DNA of 64,000 nucleotides from NCBI RefSeq assembly GCF_006345805.1, contig NC_043002.1:60636001-60700000 (forward strand), in the 5' to 3' direction. The position numbers and the translations under genes are program-made. Source of the stretch: Octopus sinensis. Taxonomy: Eukaryota. Shown here in pieces: positions 52,552-64,000 of the stretch (position 1 is the first letter of the stretch; the number at the start of each line of letters is the position of its first letter). Below the pieces are notes generated by a model. The model was given only the letters and a program-made list of their open reading frames with translations. It made no database searches and had not been told where the DNA came from.

Positions 52552-53035
52552 GATATCAAGTAGTTTCAAATCAGAGGTCTTACCTTTAGACATCCTTCTA
52601 CACACATCTTACCTCACCAATATTGATGCATGAGATTGATATAAATATACATGTTTTATAAGAAAGAAATGTAGACAATTAAATAGCCCCACGTAAATAG
52701 CTGGTAACTGTGTTAATGATGGAACAGTGTTTGAAATGTAAATTAATCTCAGCTTGATTTGAACTGCGTCTCTAAGTCTGTTAGTTTCAATGACGCCAAA
52801 AGTTCAGTCGTGCAGATTTTTGCTTATATTATATTGGTTCTTGCCGATACAGACTATCAGTGGTCTCCTTCAATTCAAGTGATTATATATTAAAGGACTT
52901 ATAATTGAATTTAGCATGGTATTCATCACGTGTTAACAGTTTGTGAACAATCTAGAAAGTACTGAATATTATATGTGAAAGTTGTCTCACTAATGAGTGC
53001 AATATTATAAAAGACAGCACGGAATACGGCGGAAT

Positions 53036-53862
53036 ATATAAAGGAAATAAAGTGTTATTTGATAGGAAATCGATATTTATTAATTCATATTCATGGAAAT
53101 AATGTTTGGAGAGTGGATTAAATGCCATCGAAATTAATCTGTAAAATGATTCTTATGTATTTACGATAAAATGGCGTCAATAGTTTGGATAATTTGAGGA
53201 CGAGCATGGCAGAAGAGAATGTAATACAAATATCGCTAAAAGAGAACTATGACTGACATTTCGATGACTTATATGGAACTATTTCTCTTTTGGAACACAG
53301 TGAAAGATATTCAAAAAAGTTGAATGAATATCATAAATTCTAGTTCTTTCTACGTTAAAATAAACTATATTTATTCTCTTTCGAAACGAAACTAATGCCT
53401 CAAACGTAACGCAGTTAATCACTCAAAATTTTATCCTTTAGCGAGACACGTAAAATCCCATATTTGCTGTTGTGGCGGTAATTCAGAACCTAAACGGTCA
53501 GATACCACGACTGATCCACAATCGTGTCACGTAATCGACCAATTAAGCAACTAATTGTTGTCAAGCTGTAGCGTAATTTAATCCTCTAGGATATCTTTAT
53601 TGTACCCTATAGAAACCCGCTTTGGTGCCAAAGTCTTTGCAGGATGCTGAGGCAGCTGAGCGACATGTGTCCACATTGTTGTAGGACAGATATTTGCGGA
53701 GACAAACCAAGATACTAGGACAGATTGAACTAAATATTCATATAATACCTCATATGTAATTTCTTTCAATCTGGCGCGGTTTTTTTCTCTCCCAGTCTAT
53801 GATTATCAACGCAGCAAAACTATATCGATTTCCTATAAAATAACACTTTATTTCCTTTATAT
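53036..53862. mobile_element. Non-autonomous element bounded by a 41-bp inverted repeat
   Basis: 53036-53076 versus 53822-53862 match at 40/41 as reverse complements. Confidence 0.6.
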
Positions 53863-53937
53863 CAGTTAAATGATCGTGTGTTTTGCTTTAAATATTCACG
53901 CAGCCAACGAAATATATTTCCTCATCGAAACAAAATT

Positions 53938-54864
53938 CCGGAAGAAAACCAAAACTTTCGGACAGGGACCGTCGCACTCTCACGCGAATTGTTTTAAAGG
54001 ATCACAAAAGTACAGCTCTTAAAATTATTGCAGAGCTTAATGAATACCAAGATAATCCCAGTTTCCACAAAGACTGTTCGCCGGGAGCTGCACAAAGCCG
54101 GATTTCACGGAAGGGCTGCAATCCGAAAATCACTACTTTCAAAAACAAACGTTGCAAAGCATTTAGAGTGGAGTAAAGACCTACAGAATTAGACCTTAGA
54201 GCAGTGGAAGAATTTTATTTTCTCGGGTGAGTCATCCTTTACCTTATCTCCGACGACCGGCCGAGCATACGTGTAGATACAGCCAAAAGAAACATTTGAC
54301 ACATAGTGCTTTCTTCCAACTGTTAAACATGGAGGACGGTCTGTGATGATTCCGGTGTGGGAGCCTATATCTCGGAAATCCGCCGGTCGAATGATTTCCC
54401 TTCATGGCAGTATTAATAGTCAAGACTATTTAAGCGTTATATCTGATTACATTCATCCTCTGCTTGCGGAACTATTTCCGGAGGGAAACGCAATCTTTCA
54501 GGATTGTAATGCATCAATTCACGCTGCTAAAGTTGTTAGTGAATAGCACGAGGAACATTCTAGTGAAGTTGAACATCTTATCTGGCCACCACAGTCCTCA
54601 GATCTCAATATTATTGAACATTTATGGTGGATTTTAGAAAAATAAGTAAGGAGTCGATATCCACCACCGTCATCACTACAGGAACTGGAGACTGTTTTAG
54701 CTGAAGAATGGACAACAATGCTTTTGGAAAAACCTCTAACTTTGAACGAGTCCATACCTCGTAGAATTCAAGCTGTAATTACTGTCAAAGGCGGTCCTAC
54801 CCGATATTAAAATAAAATGGTTTGAAAGTTTAATGTGTTTCCATTATTTTGTCCAACCCTTGTA
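53938..54864 (+). mobile_element. Tc1-like (DD34E) transposase pseudogene with right TIR
   Basis: KTVRRELHKAGF, FSGES, TVKHGG.SVM, FQDCNA, WPPQSSDLNIIEHLW, PRRIQAVI..KGGPTRY*; several stops; ends ccattattttgtccaacccttgta. Confidence 0.92.
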
Positions 54865-55104
54865 TGTGTGCATAAAATGAGGTTATTCAAAGCAACGATG
54901 ACACCTTCTTAAATGGAAGTTGCTGTGAATTACTACGAACCTGGTCCACATTTGGAATCAATTGTAGTTTTAATACGCTGCAGAATTTACTCGTACATGT
55001 TTTGAACGGTTTTTAGTGGAATGTTTGAGCCATTCCTAAATTAATACATAGTACTAACACAAATATGATTCGAGAGTGACTTTAAAATAGAGAACGCTAT
55101 TTAA

Positions 55105-55311
55105 TATTCTTTTATTCTTTTACTTGTTTCAGTCATTTGACTGCGGCCATGCTAGAGCACCGCCTTTAGTCGAGCAAATCGACCCCATGGCTTACTCTTT
55201 GTAAATCGACCCCTGGACTTCGATCGGGCTTTTTAGCGAACCGCTAAGTTGCGGGAACGGAAACATACCAGGATCGGTTTTCAAGCGATGTTGGCGGGGG
55301 TACAAACGAAG

Positions 55312-55345
<34 letters not shown>
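55105..55345 (-). mobile_element. Family 1 SINE 3' module
   Basis: gtcatttgactgcggccatgctagagcaccgcctttagtcgagcaaatcgacc. Confidence 0.8.
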
Positions 55346-55369
<24 letters not shown>

Positions 55370-55900
55370 GCTTTAGTACTTTCTGCGACGACGGTGGAGG
55401 GAAGCGGTCGCTCATTTACTGTTCTAGAATGCATCATAAATGTTCGATTATATTGAGATTCAGTGATTGTGGTGGATCCATTGAAAGTGGTCTAGTTCAG
55501 GATAGTGCTCTTTGCAAAACATTCTAATCGTTTTAACCATGTAAATCGGAGCAAATAGTATTGTTTGTGGAACAGAGTTAACTCTATCAATCAAAAATAC
55601 GAAGAAAATCATTGATATAAGGTATGGTATTGAAGAACAACTAACGGACCAAGAGAATTCAATGATATGGCTACGCAAAGCCTCATAGTATCACCTGAAT
55701 ATTTCATGCTCGGGCAAAACAATCTGGTATGAAAGATTATAAGGGGTATCGTAAAACACAACCTCACCAAGAAGTATAAGAAAGGGCGAATGGCGATTCT
55801 TCAGTCAACTTCTAATAGTCTCAAAGTAATTCTTTCTCAGATAAGGAAATTCCGTCCAGCCATATGTCTAGCTGCGATTAAGCGCCATTGAGAAGTTTCC
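55370..55900 (-). mobile_element. Second, more decayed Tc1 relic in the opposite orientation
   Basis: The minus strand reads PPQSLNLNIIEHL...DRFPPPSS, paralogous to 54580-54680. Confidence 0.6.
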
Positions 55901-56105
55901 ACAAAATCGAAAAGCATCTTGCACTCTCGATGACTGCCACTGGATTGACATTTTATTATTTATTACTGATATTTATCACTTTAAAAACAAACAGAAAGTC
56001 ACAAAAATACGTTATATTAGTACAATCACCGCAGTAAATGGAGTAACGTGTGTATACATTGAATATGATACATAGATGGATATTTTCATCATTTAGGAAT
56101 ACTTA

Positions 56106-56137
<32 letters not shown>

Positions 56138-56361
56138 ATGTCTCTGTGTGTGTGTGTATGTATGTATGTCTCTCTCTGTGTCTATGTATGTGTGCGTATG
56201 TGAGTGAAATCATTTATTTGATGGGTTAGCTGCTCGAAACTTCGAAGTCATTGTTAAATACTATTCTTGTTAAAGAAAAATAGATTATGGACAAACCCTT
56301 CAGATTAATGTAAAATTGTCTTGGTCAGAGCTTGACATACAACCATCAATAGATGTATATA

Positions 56362-56431
<70 letters not shown>

Positions 56432-57054
56432 TATATGTATATATATATATATGTATATGCAAATTTATATAGAAGCATACGCACATACACACACACACAC
56501 ACACACACATGTACAGAGGAGAGATGCAGAAGTGAAATGGCGTGCCTACATGCTGAGAATTGTGGGCGGTGAGGTTCCAAACAAAGGAAAACTTGTCTAT
56601 TTTAAAAACGCGAATGTATAAGAGTCGCCATTCCGTGTCTAAGTACTTGCATGTGCTTCCGTAGACAATCACTTCGAAAGAAATGTCTTATGGTAAATCA
56701 AATAGACGCTTGTCCTAAATTTCTCGAAAAATGTCGAGATATTACTGTCAAAATTTTACCCAGTTCTATATAGAGTAAATCTGTCAGATTGAATTGGTGA
56801 ACGTGTTCGTTTTAGAATATAAGATTATGAACAAGGATCAATCATCTCAATTGTAAATTGTTGCTGTTTTTATAAGTTGCTACGTAAAAAGTTCCTGCTC
56901 ACATACGCAATGGTTTAAGATTATATATATTTATGGACAAGAGTACAGGCAATCCATAGAGAAAGAAAAAGACATTTATTCATGTTTGTACATAATATAT
57001 AATACTAACACAAATATGAGTCGAGAGACTGACTGTAAAATAGAGAATGCTATT

Positions 57055-57470
57055 TAATATTCTTTTATTTTCATTATTTTACATGTTTCAGTCATTTGAC
57101 TGCGGCCATGCTGGAGCAACGCCTTTAGTCGAGAAAATCGACCCCAGGACTTATTCTTTGCAAATCGACCACTGGACTTATTCTATCCGAGTGTTTTTCC
57201 GAACCGCTAAGTTACGGGGACGTAAACACACCAGCATCGGTTGTCAAGTGGTCTTGGGGTGGGGTGGGGGGTGAACTCTGACACACAAACATATACACAC
57301 ATACATATATACACAAGTATACGACGGGCTTCTTTCAGTTTCCGTCTACCAAATCCACTCACTAGGCTTTGGTCGGCCTGAGGCTATGGCAGAAGACACT
57401 TGCCCAAGGTGCCATGCAGAGGGACTGAACCCGGAACCATATGGGTGGTAATCATGCTACTTACGACACA
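57055..57470 (-). mobile_element. Family 1 SINE
   Basis: All modules in reverse orientation. Confidence 0.85.
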
Positions 57471-57523
57471 TACACACACACTGACACACATATATGTATA
57501 TAAAATTAAATGTATTAAATGTA

Positions 57524-57966
57524 ACAGTTCAAACCACAGGAAAGGCAACTTGGTCCTCCAGGCCAAAATTTAACACAATTGTAAAACAGTTAAAAACCAT
57601 TCCAATTTTTTTCTAGGAACAACACTATTTTCAAATAAAAATGTTGGCAGGATACGCCCACCAAACCAATAATTTTCACAATTACGTGAATAATATTTTC
57701 ACTCAGCCTCAGGCAGACTAGCATCTAGTGAGGACTTCTTTTTCTTTTTTTATTTCTTTTACTTGTTTCAGTCATTTGACTGTGGCCGTGCTGGAGCACC
57801 GCCTTTAGTCGAGCGAGTAAATCGACCCCAGTACTTATTCTATCGGTCTCTTTTTGCCGAACCGCTAAGTGACGGGGACGTAAACACACCAGCATCAGTT
57901 GTCAAGCAATGCTAGGGGGACAAACACACACACACACACACACACACACCACACACACACACACAC

Positions 57967-58013
<47 letters not shown>

Positions 58014-58145
58014 CATATATACGACAGGCTTCTTTCAGTTTCCGTCTACCAAATCCACTCACAAGGCATTGGTCGGCCCGGGGCTATAGCAGAAGACACT
58101 TGTCCAAGATGCCACGCAGTGGGACTGAAACCGGAAACCCATGGG
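57524..58145. repeat. ~620-bp local duplication, copy 1 (unique flank + family 1 SINE)
   Basis: Matches 61727-62343 and is flanked by a ~73-bp direct repeat (57441-57514 / 58141-58212). Confidence 0.9.
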
Positions 58146-59599
58146 TGGTAATCATGCTACTTACGACACATACAAACACTGACACACATATATGTATATA
58201 AAATTAAATGTACTTATATCTATCTATATTCTTTTATTTGTTTCGCTCATTTGACTGCTGCCATGTTGGAGCACCAACTTCAATGGAACAAATCGATACC
58301 CTTGACGTAATCTTTGTAAACCTACTACCTATTCTATTGGTGTCTTATGCTGTACCGCCAAGTATCGATGTTATATGGTAACGATGTTTCCATAGACGTG
58401 ATAGTGTCAGTTGAAACAATGCCACACAGTGATCCCTTTTGTTTTTCAATGGAAAAGACTTGACTCCAACTTTGTTAACTGAACAGTAATGAAATTAATG
58501 TTATTTAGCTCAAACGACTAATTCACAGATGCATGCATTCACATGTATGTTAAACATGTTAGAGATATAGCTATTGTCGGTAGGTTCAGCATAGTGGTTC
58601 TAATTTCTGATTGCCAAGCGTTTGGCAATGCAACTGAATTCATATTTTCTCAATCAAATATAAGATATATTGTTACGAATGGAGAAAAAATATATATCCT
58701 GATAATTCCACGATCACACGACGCGAATATCGCTCTTTCGTTTCGAATGTAAAATACGAAAATAAAAAACACAAAACATTAAACGCAGGGAGGGGATGAT
58801 ATTGAGAAATATCCCTTTGCCATTAGCTGGATTTGAAACAGTGTTCTAGTTATTCATGCCAGCATGATTTCGATTATCTTGTCAGTTTTTATAACTGTAG
58901 GTATTCGATCTCGTGACCTCGATGGCCAAGAAGAGTTTAAAACAACGGCAGAGTATCTAGTTTCGAAGGTAAGTACGCATTGTATTACCTGCAATATACC
59001 TACCTTTCAGGTTGCATCAGCTGATATATACAGGTAACTCTCGAGTTGCAAGGTCAGAGAGAGAGAGAGAGAGTAGCCGACTAACCAGAAACAGGCACAT
59101 TTTACGCAGTGGAGCTAGAGCGGAGGAAGAGAACAAACATGAAGCAGCAGGCTCTAACTACACAACCAGGAATGCGAACATCGCAGAACGAAATTAAAGA
59201 AGTGTCTGATGTCGTTAAATGTTTTTTAAATGTTTCGAAAGGAAAAGAAAGAAAAAAGAAAAGTCGGTGTTGTTAAATGCTTTAAAATAAAATAAAATAA
59301 AATAAATGTCTGTGTTGTTAAATGCTTTAAAAGAAAAAGAGAGAAATAAATAACTCTCTATGGTAAATGACATTTAAAAAACTTTTTTTTTTACTTTGAC
59401 TATACGCAAATGTTGTTTTTTTGTTTTTGTAGGTGGCTCTTGTGGCTTTTCGCTATAGCTTCTTTTGTTCTGGGCAGTTGACTTGCTGAGCGTCTGGTGC
59501 ATACGATTTTCTGGGCAAGCAAATTGCAGCCTGTTTGTGTTGGGATTCATGAGGGAATCATAGCATCACGCGTGGCGCAACAATATATATATATAACAT

Positions 59600-59992
59600 A
59601 TTCGTTTATTCTTTTAATTGTTTCACTCATTTAACTGCAACCATGCTGGAGTACCGCCTCTAGTCGAACAAATCGAGCCCCAGGACTTATTCTTTGTCAG
59701 CCTAGTACTTATTCTATCGGTCTTTTATGCCGAACCGCTAAGTTGCAGGGACGTAAACACATCAACATCAGTTATCAAGCGATGGTAAGTGAGCACAGTC
59801 ACACAGCCATATACATACAAACACACACACACACACACACATATATATAATATATATGACGGGTTTGTTTCATTTTCTTCTCCAAATCCACCCACAAGGC
59901 CTCAGTCCGCCTGAGGCTATAGTAGAAGACACTTGCTCAAGGTGTCACGCAGTAGGATTGAACTCGGGACCACGTGGTTCGTTAGCAAGCTA
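59600..59992 (-). mobile_element. Family 1 SINE, head truncated at the ORF1-only element
   Basis: Modules are visible; the sequence ends at gttagcaagctac. Confidence 0.8.
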
Positions 59993-61726
59993 CTTTATTT
60001 CATAAGAATTTGCCATAAGGCTATTACACATAGCAGCTGCGGACTGGACATATACATTGATGAGGTGAATGATGAAATAAGGATAATATTGATGAGAGAA
60101 GGCAAAAACGCCCGCCGATTTTCTTCTTCTCCAAAACATTGTGCTTTTCTTTTAGCAATAAACAAAGCGAGGTATTGAACCACTCACAAAAGTTTTTACA
60201 GTTTTTGACTTAATAGTCCATTACAAATATTAGCATGCAAAAAGTATTCAATATACAATCAACACTAGTCCATTTACAAATGAGGCGCTGAGCCTGTTAC
60301 ACATTATAGCACTGAGGCTTTTCAACCTCTTGTCAATTTTCCACCTCATAATCGCTTGTGTCCGTGTACCCCGCCATAACCCATGCTTCGTTTAAAATCA
60401 CAGCGGGGTCCGAGTTGGCGTTACGCGGCCACGAGCGATATTCTTCTTTTAGTCTGTCAAGCATCATAAACAGGCGCAACGTTTTGACCTCCATAGCTAT
60501 TTGCGGGGGCCATTCGGGGTCCTGTGTGAAGACCAAAGTTATTCCCTCATAGTGTTCTTTCACTATCTTTTCCACCAACAGTTTCTGGTCCATCGTGTCC
60601 GGGTCGGTCAATTTTACCGTTGGCGGCACAATTTCCGCCAATGGTGTCTCTCCCCCTCCGGTGGCACAACCAACGGGGCTTCGTGACACTCCGGTGTCAT
60701 GTCTCCGACTGCCGGGTATGTAACGTTTCTCCTCTTCCTATTTTCCTTCTCGACTGGGGGAGGGTGCAACTTCTCTGTGACCTGGAGATTCGCCTCCCCT
60801 TCCTCATTCTCAGGATCCTTTGGTGAACACCCGTTATTGCTCTCCTTCTTCCTTTTGTGGATCTTCTTTGAAGAGTCCTCCGTCTCATCAGCCGCCTCAT
60901 TCCGTCCTCTACAGAAGTCTCCGTCAACCGCTCCGGGACTTTGCTTTGCCCTTGAGAGCAGTCCTTTTTTATATGGCCAGGCTTCAAGCACCGATGACAC
61001 TTGGTGGGGGCGTCGCTCAAGAATCACCGGATACTTAGAGCCGGCCATTCTCAAAAAGTCTGGAAATACTAGACTTTCGGCTGACTGGGTCCATGGGGTC
61101 AAAACAGCTTTATACTCCTCCCAGTCAGCCGCAGGCAGAATATTTACGCTGAGGGGCTTGGTGCTACTGCCACCCAGACCCCGGCGGATAGTATCTCCTA
61201 TCCACCGGGGCGCAACTCCGGGTGGCAAGCCGCAAACCCAAGCCCGCGTCAAAGTCTTCCCAGAATAAATGGGAACAAACAGAATTTCATTACCCTCCAG
61301 GGTCTGACTTGCAAATTCACAGGCCGCTTCTGGGGAGTCAAACAGCAACCACACGGTTGCGTATTTGACCCCCCGAGTGATAAACTTAATCGCTGGCTTA
61401 AATTCTGCTAGCACCCTATCGATTATATCCTTTCTGAAAACGGCAATGTCGTCGAGGGTCCTAGATAAGGTCTTCAAAGCCACCGTCTTACTTTCAAGTT
61501 CTTTTAACCATTTTTGAGGCGGCGTAATTTCCCACTCCAACTTTTCATTGTTATTTGCCATGTTTTTTTTAAAAAAAGAGTCCAAAAGTACAGTTGCTAA
61601 AATATAAAAAAAACTTAATGAAAAAGAAGGAAGAGGAAAAAAAGTCCAAACAAAAGGAAGGAAAGAGAAAAAATTAACAGTTCGGTAAAGTTTTTTTAAA
61701 AATCAAATATAGAAGAAGACGGAGCG
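59993..61726 (-). mobile_element. ORF1-only (Gag-like, CCHC) retroelement, L1/Tx1-ORF1-like, two frameshifts
   Basis: ORF 60614-61585 continues by frameshift into ...PTKCHRCLKPGHIKKDC (60697-61020) and then 60333-60689. A ~330-bp 3' UTR ends AAATAAAG. No RT or EN is present. Confidence 0.75.
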
Positions 61727-62343
61727 ACAGTTCAAACCACAGGAAAGGCAACTTGGTCCTCCAGGCCAAAATTTAACACAATTGTAAAACAGTTAAAAAC
61801 CATTCCAATTTTTTTCTAGGAACAACACTATTTTCAAATAAAAATGTTGGCAGGATACGCCCACCAAACCAATAATTTTCACAAGTACGTGAATAATATT
61901 TTCACTCAGCCTCAGGCAGACTAGCATCTAGTGAGGACTTCTTTTTCTTTTTTTTATTTCTTGTACTTGTTTCAGTCATGTGACTGTGGCGTGCTGGAGC
62001 ACCGCCTTTAGTCGAGGGAGGTAAGTAAATCGACCCCAGTACTTATTCTATCGGTCTCTTTTTGCCGAACCGCTAAGTGACGGGGACGTAAACACACCAG
62101 ATCAGTTGTCAAGCAATGCTAGGGGGAGGGACAAACACACACACACAAACACACACACACACACCACACACAACAGATATAATATATATATATATATATT
62201 ATAATATATATATAATACATATATACGACAGGCTTCTTTCAGTTTCGTCTACAAATCCACTCACAAGCATTGGTCGGCCCGGGGCTATAGCAGAAGACAC
62301 TGTCCAAGATGCCACGCAGTGGGACTGAACCCGGAACCATGGG
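61727..62343. repeat. ~620-bp local duplication, copy 2
   Basis: Same sequence as 57524-58145 but with many single-base homopolymer deletions. Confidence 0.9.
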
Positions 62344-62606
62344 TTGGTGAGCAAGCTACTTACCACATAGCCACTCCTGTGCCTATCTTTGTAAAAATAA
62401 TTTGCGACATACATCAGGTCCCCAGAAGACCCCAAAAATTCTTACCTTACGACTGAGTTTCAAAAGTCTTCAATTTAAGACGGCTTTCAAAAACATGTCT
62501 TACATCTTCGGTGTCAACACAACTCTAATTCGCACATGCGCAACGAGGTAAGCAAGGTACTTACAACACAGCCAATCCTGCTCCTATGGATATAGAATAT
62601 ATATAC

Positions 62607-62645
<39 letters not shown>

Positions 62646-62649
62646 TATC

Positions 62650-62687
<38 letters not shown>

Positions 62688-62698
62688 ATATATATATC

Positions 62699-62726
<28 letters not shown>

Positions 62727-62730
<4 letters not shown>

Positions 62731-63050
62731 TATATAACGGGAAGCTTATGAAAATAAACAAAAGACGAAGGCAGGTGGAAAACAAACGAACAATTGTATT
62801 AGTATGGCGCTCAGGAAATATAAATAAAACAAGTCTTTAACGTTTCGAGCCTACGCTCTTCAACAGAAGATACACAGAGAGAAGAAATGCAGAAGAAGGA
62901 GGAGAAAAAAAATGCGTGCAGTAGCTAACGAATCAACATGGCGATCTGATTCGGCCAGAGGTCAAAGATCAAACATGAGACGCGAAAGCGAAATAAGGGG
63001 AGATAATAGGGTGATAAAGGGTTGAGGGACCAGCTAATATGCGTAGGAGG
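62727..63050 (-). mobile_element. Penelope-LTR-like relic carrying a minimal hammerhead
   Basis: C/T-rich tract, then a hammerhead motif, then a short tail ending in (TA)n. Confidence 0.5.
62834..62870 (-). ncRNA. Minimal type I hammerhead-like motif, CUGUUGA core variant
   Basis: tctt-CTGTTGA-a-GAGC-gtag-GCTC-GAAA-CGTT-aaaga: 4-bp stem II, palindromic AACGTT stem III, weak stem I. Confidence 0.55.
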
Positions 63051-63330
63051 GGTCTGGAGGGGTTGTGTGTATGATAGGGTTGGTGTATGTATTAGTATGT
63101 ATAAGGGGTGTGTGTGTGTGTGTGTGTGTATGAGAGAGTATTAGTGCGTAGGATTGGTCTGGACGTGCGTATGTATGGGGTTGGTGTATGTATAGTATGT
63201 ATTAGTATGTATTAATACATATTGGTATGTATAAGTGTGTGTGTGTATGAGAGAGTATAAGTGCGTATGCGGGGTCTGGACGTGTGTATGTATAGGGTTG
63301 GTGTATGTATTAGTATGTACTAGTATGTAT
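63050..63330. repeat. Three diverged ~100-110-bp GT-rich tandem units
   Basis: ggtctgga...gggttggtgtatgtat recurs at ~63050, ~63155 and ~63272. Confidence 0.7.
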
Positions 63331-63395
63331 TAGTACTATATATATATATATATGTATGTATGCATCTATGTAAACATATATATATAATATATATA

Positions 63396-63449
<54 letters not shown>

Positions 63450-64000
63450 AATATACATATATAGGTATATGAATATATATGTGTATATATATTTCGTCAT
63501 AGAGTACAGTGTGCGTGTGTGTGTGTGGTGTATGCCATGGCCGACAGATGCTTCTTTTGTAACAAATAATAATTAGCACATCGAGCTTATCTTGGGTGTA
63601 TTGTTTTTGACGCTTTCAACAACTGTAAACTTCCAGAAAATTTCATTTCCCTTGGACGAGAATTGCATCAAAATTCTATTATCGGTTGACAAATTTCATC
63701 ACCACACCGGCGGATGCCCCTAGCATATCACGTGGTTTCACTCCATTGCGGATCAGATACAAAAAAACGCCTGACATTTTTCCTGAGCATCTAACTAAAA
63801 CAAGCATGATTGTTGTTCATTCACCTCTCTCTGTCATTTGTTATTTCCGTTTTCATATGCTTTATGAACAATATGTATGTATGCATGCATGTGTGTGTGT
63901 GTGGTGTGTAAGTATGTGAATGTTTGTATGTACGATAATTATTTTGTACCTTATCTATATATAAAAGACTATAATTAGCCGCCGATACTGACGGCACATG

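Noticed and set aside
52575-52620. Two minus-strand AG/GTAAG donor consensus motifs
   Set aside because: No matching acceptor or open frame upstream.
60699-61268. 189-aa plus-strand ORF
   Set aside because: Antisense shadow of the ORF1-only element.

Overview
AT-rich eukaryotic non-genic or intronic DNA, saturated with microsatellites and transposon debris. The repeat families look like those of an Octopus (cephalopod) genome; this is an inference from recognised SINE/LINE families. No host gene is confidently visible, and most ORFs in the track are microsatellite translations or antisense frames of retroelements. Identifiable elements are: about 17 copies or fragments of a tRNA/CORE-type SINE, several Meta-type SINEs, CR1-like LINE fragments, R4/Dong-type RLE LINEs inserted in (TAA)n (one with an uninterrupted 594-codon ORF), a Gypsy gag-pol relic, two ORF1-only (RRM-like + CCHC) elements, Tc1/mariner relics and MITEs. 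The most notable signal is at 4735-6088: a non-coding 489-bp unit present as ~1.9 tandem copies plus one inverted partial copy. Each copy carries a complete type I hammerhead ribozyme with a long stem II extension, and the cleavage-to-cleavage monomer (5360-5848) is full of hairpins, which fits a retrozyme-like circular-RNA element. Two further, unrelated hammerhead-bearing families occur in the window: a tRNA-headed element, one copy of which is split by three nested Dong insertions, and a Penelope-LTR-like relic with a CUGUUGA core. All structures were paired by eye; ribozyme activity is untested.
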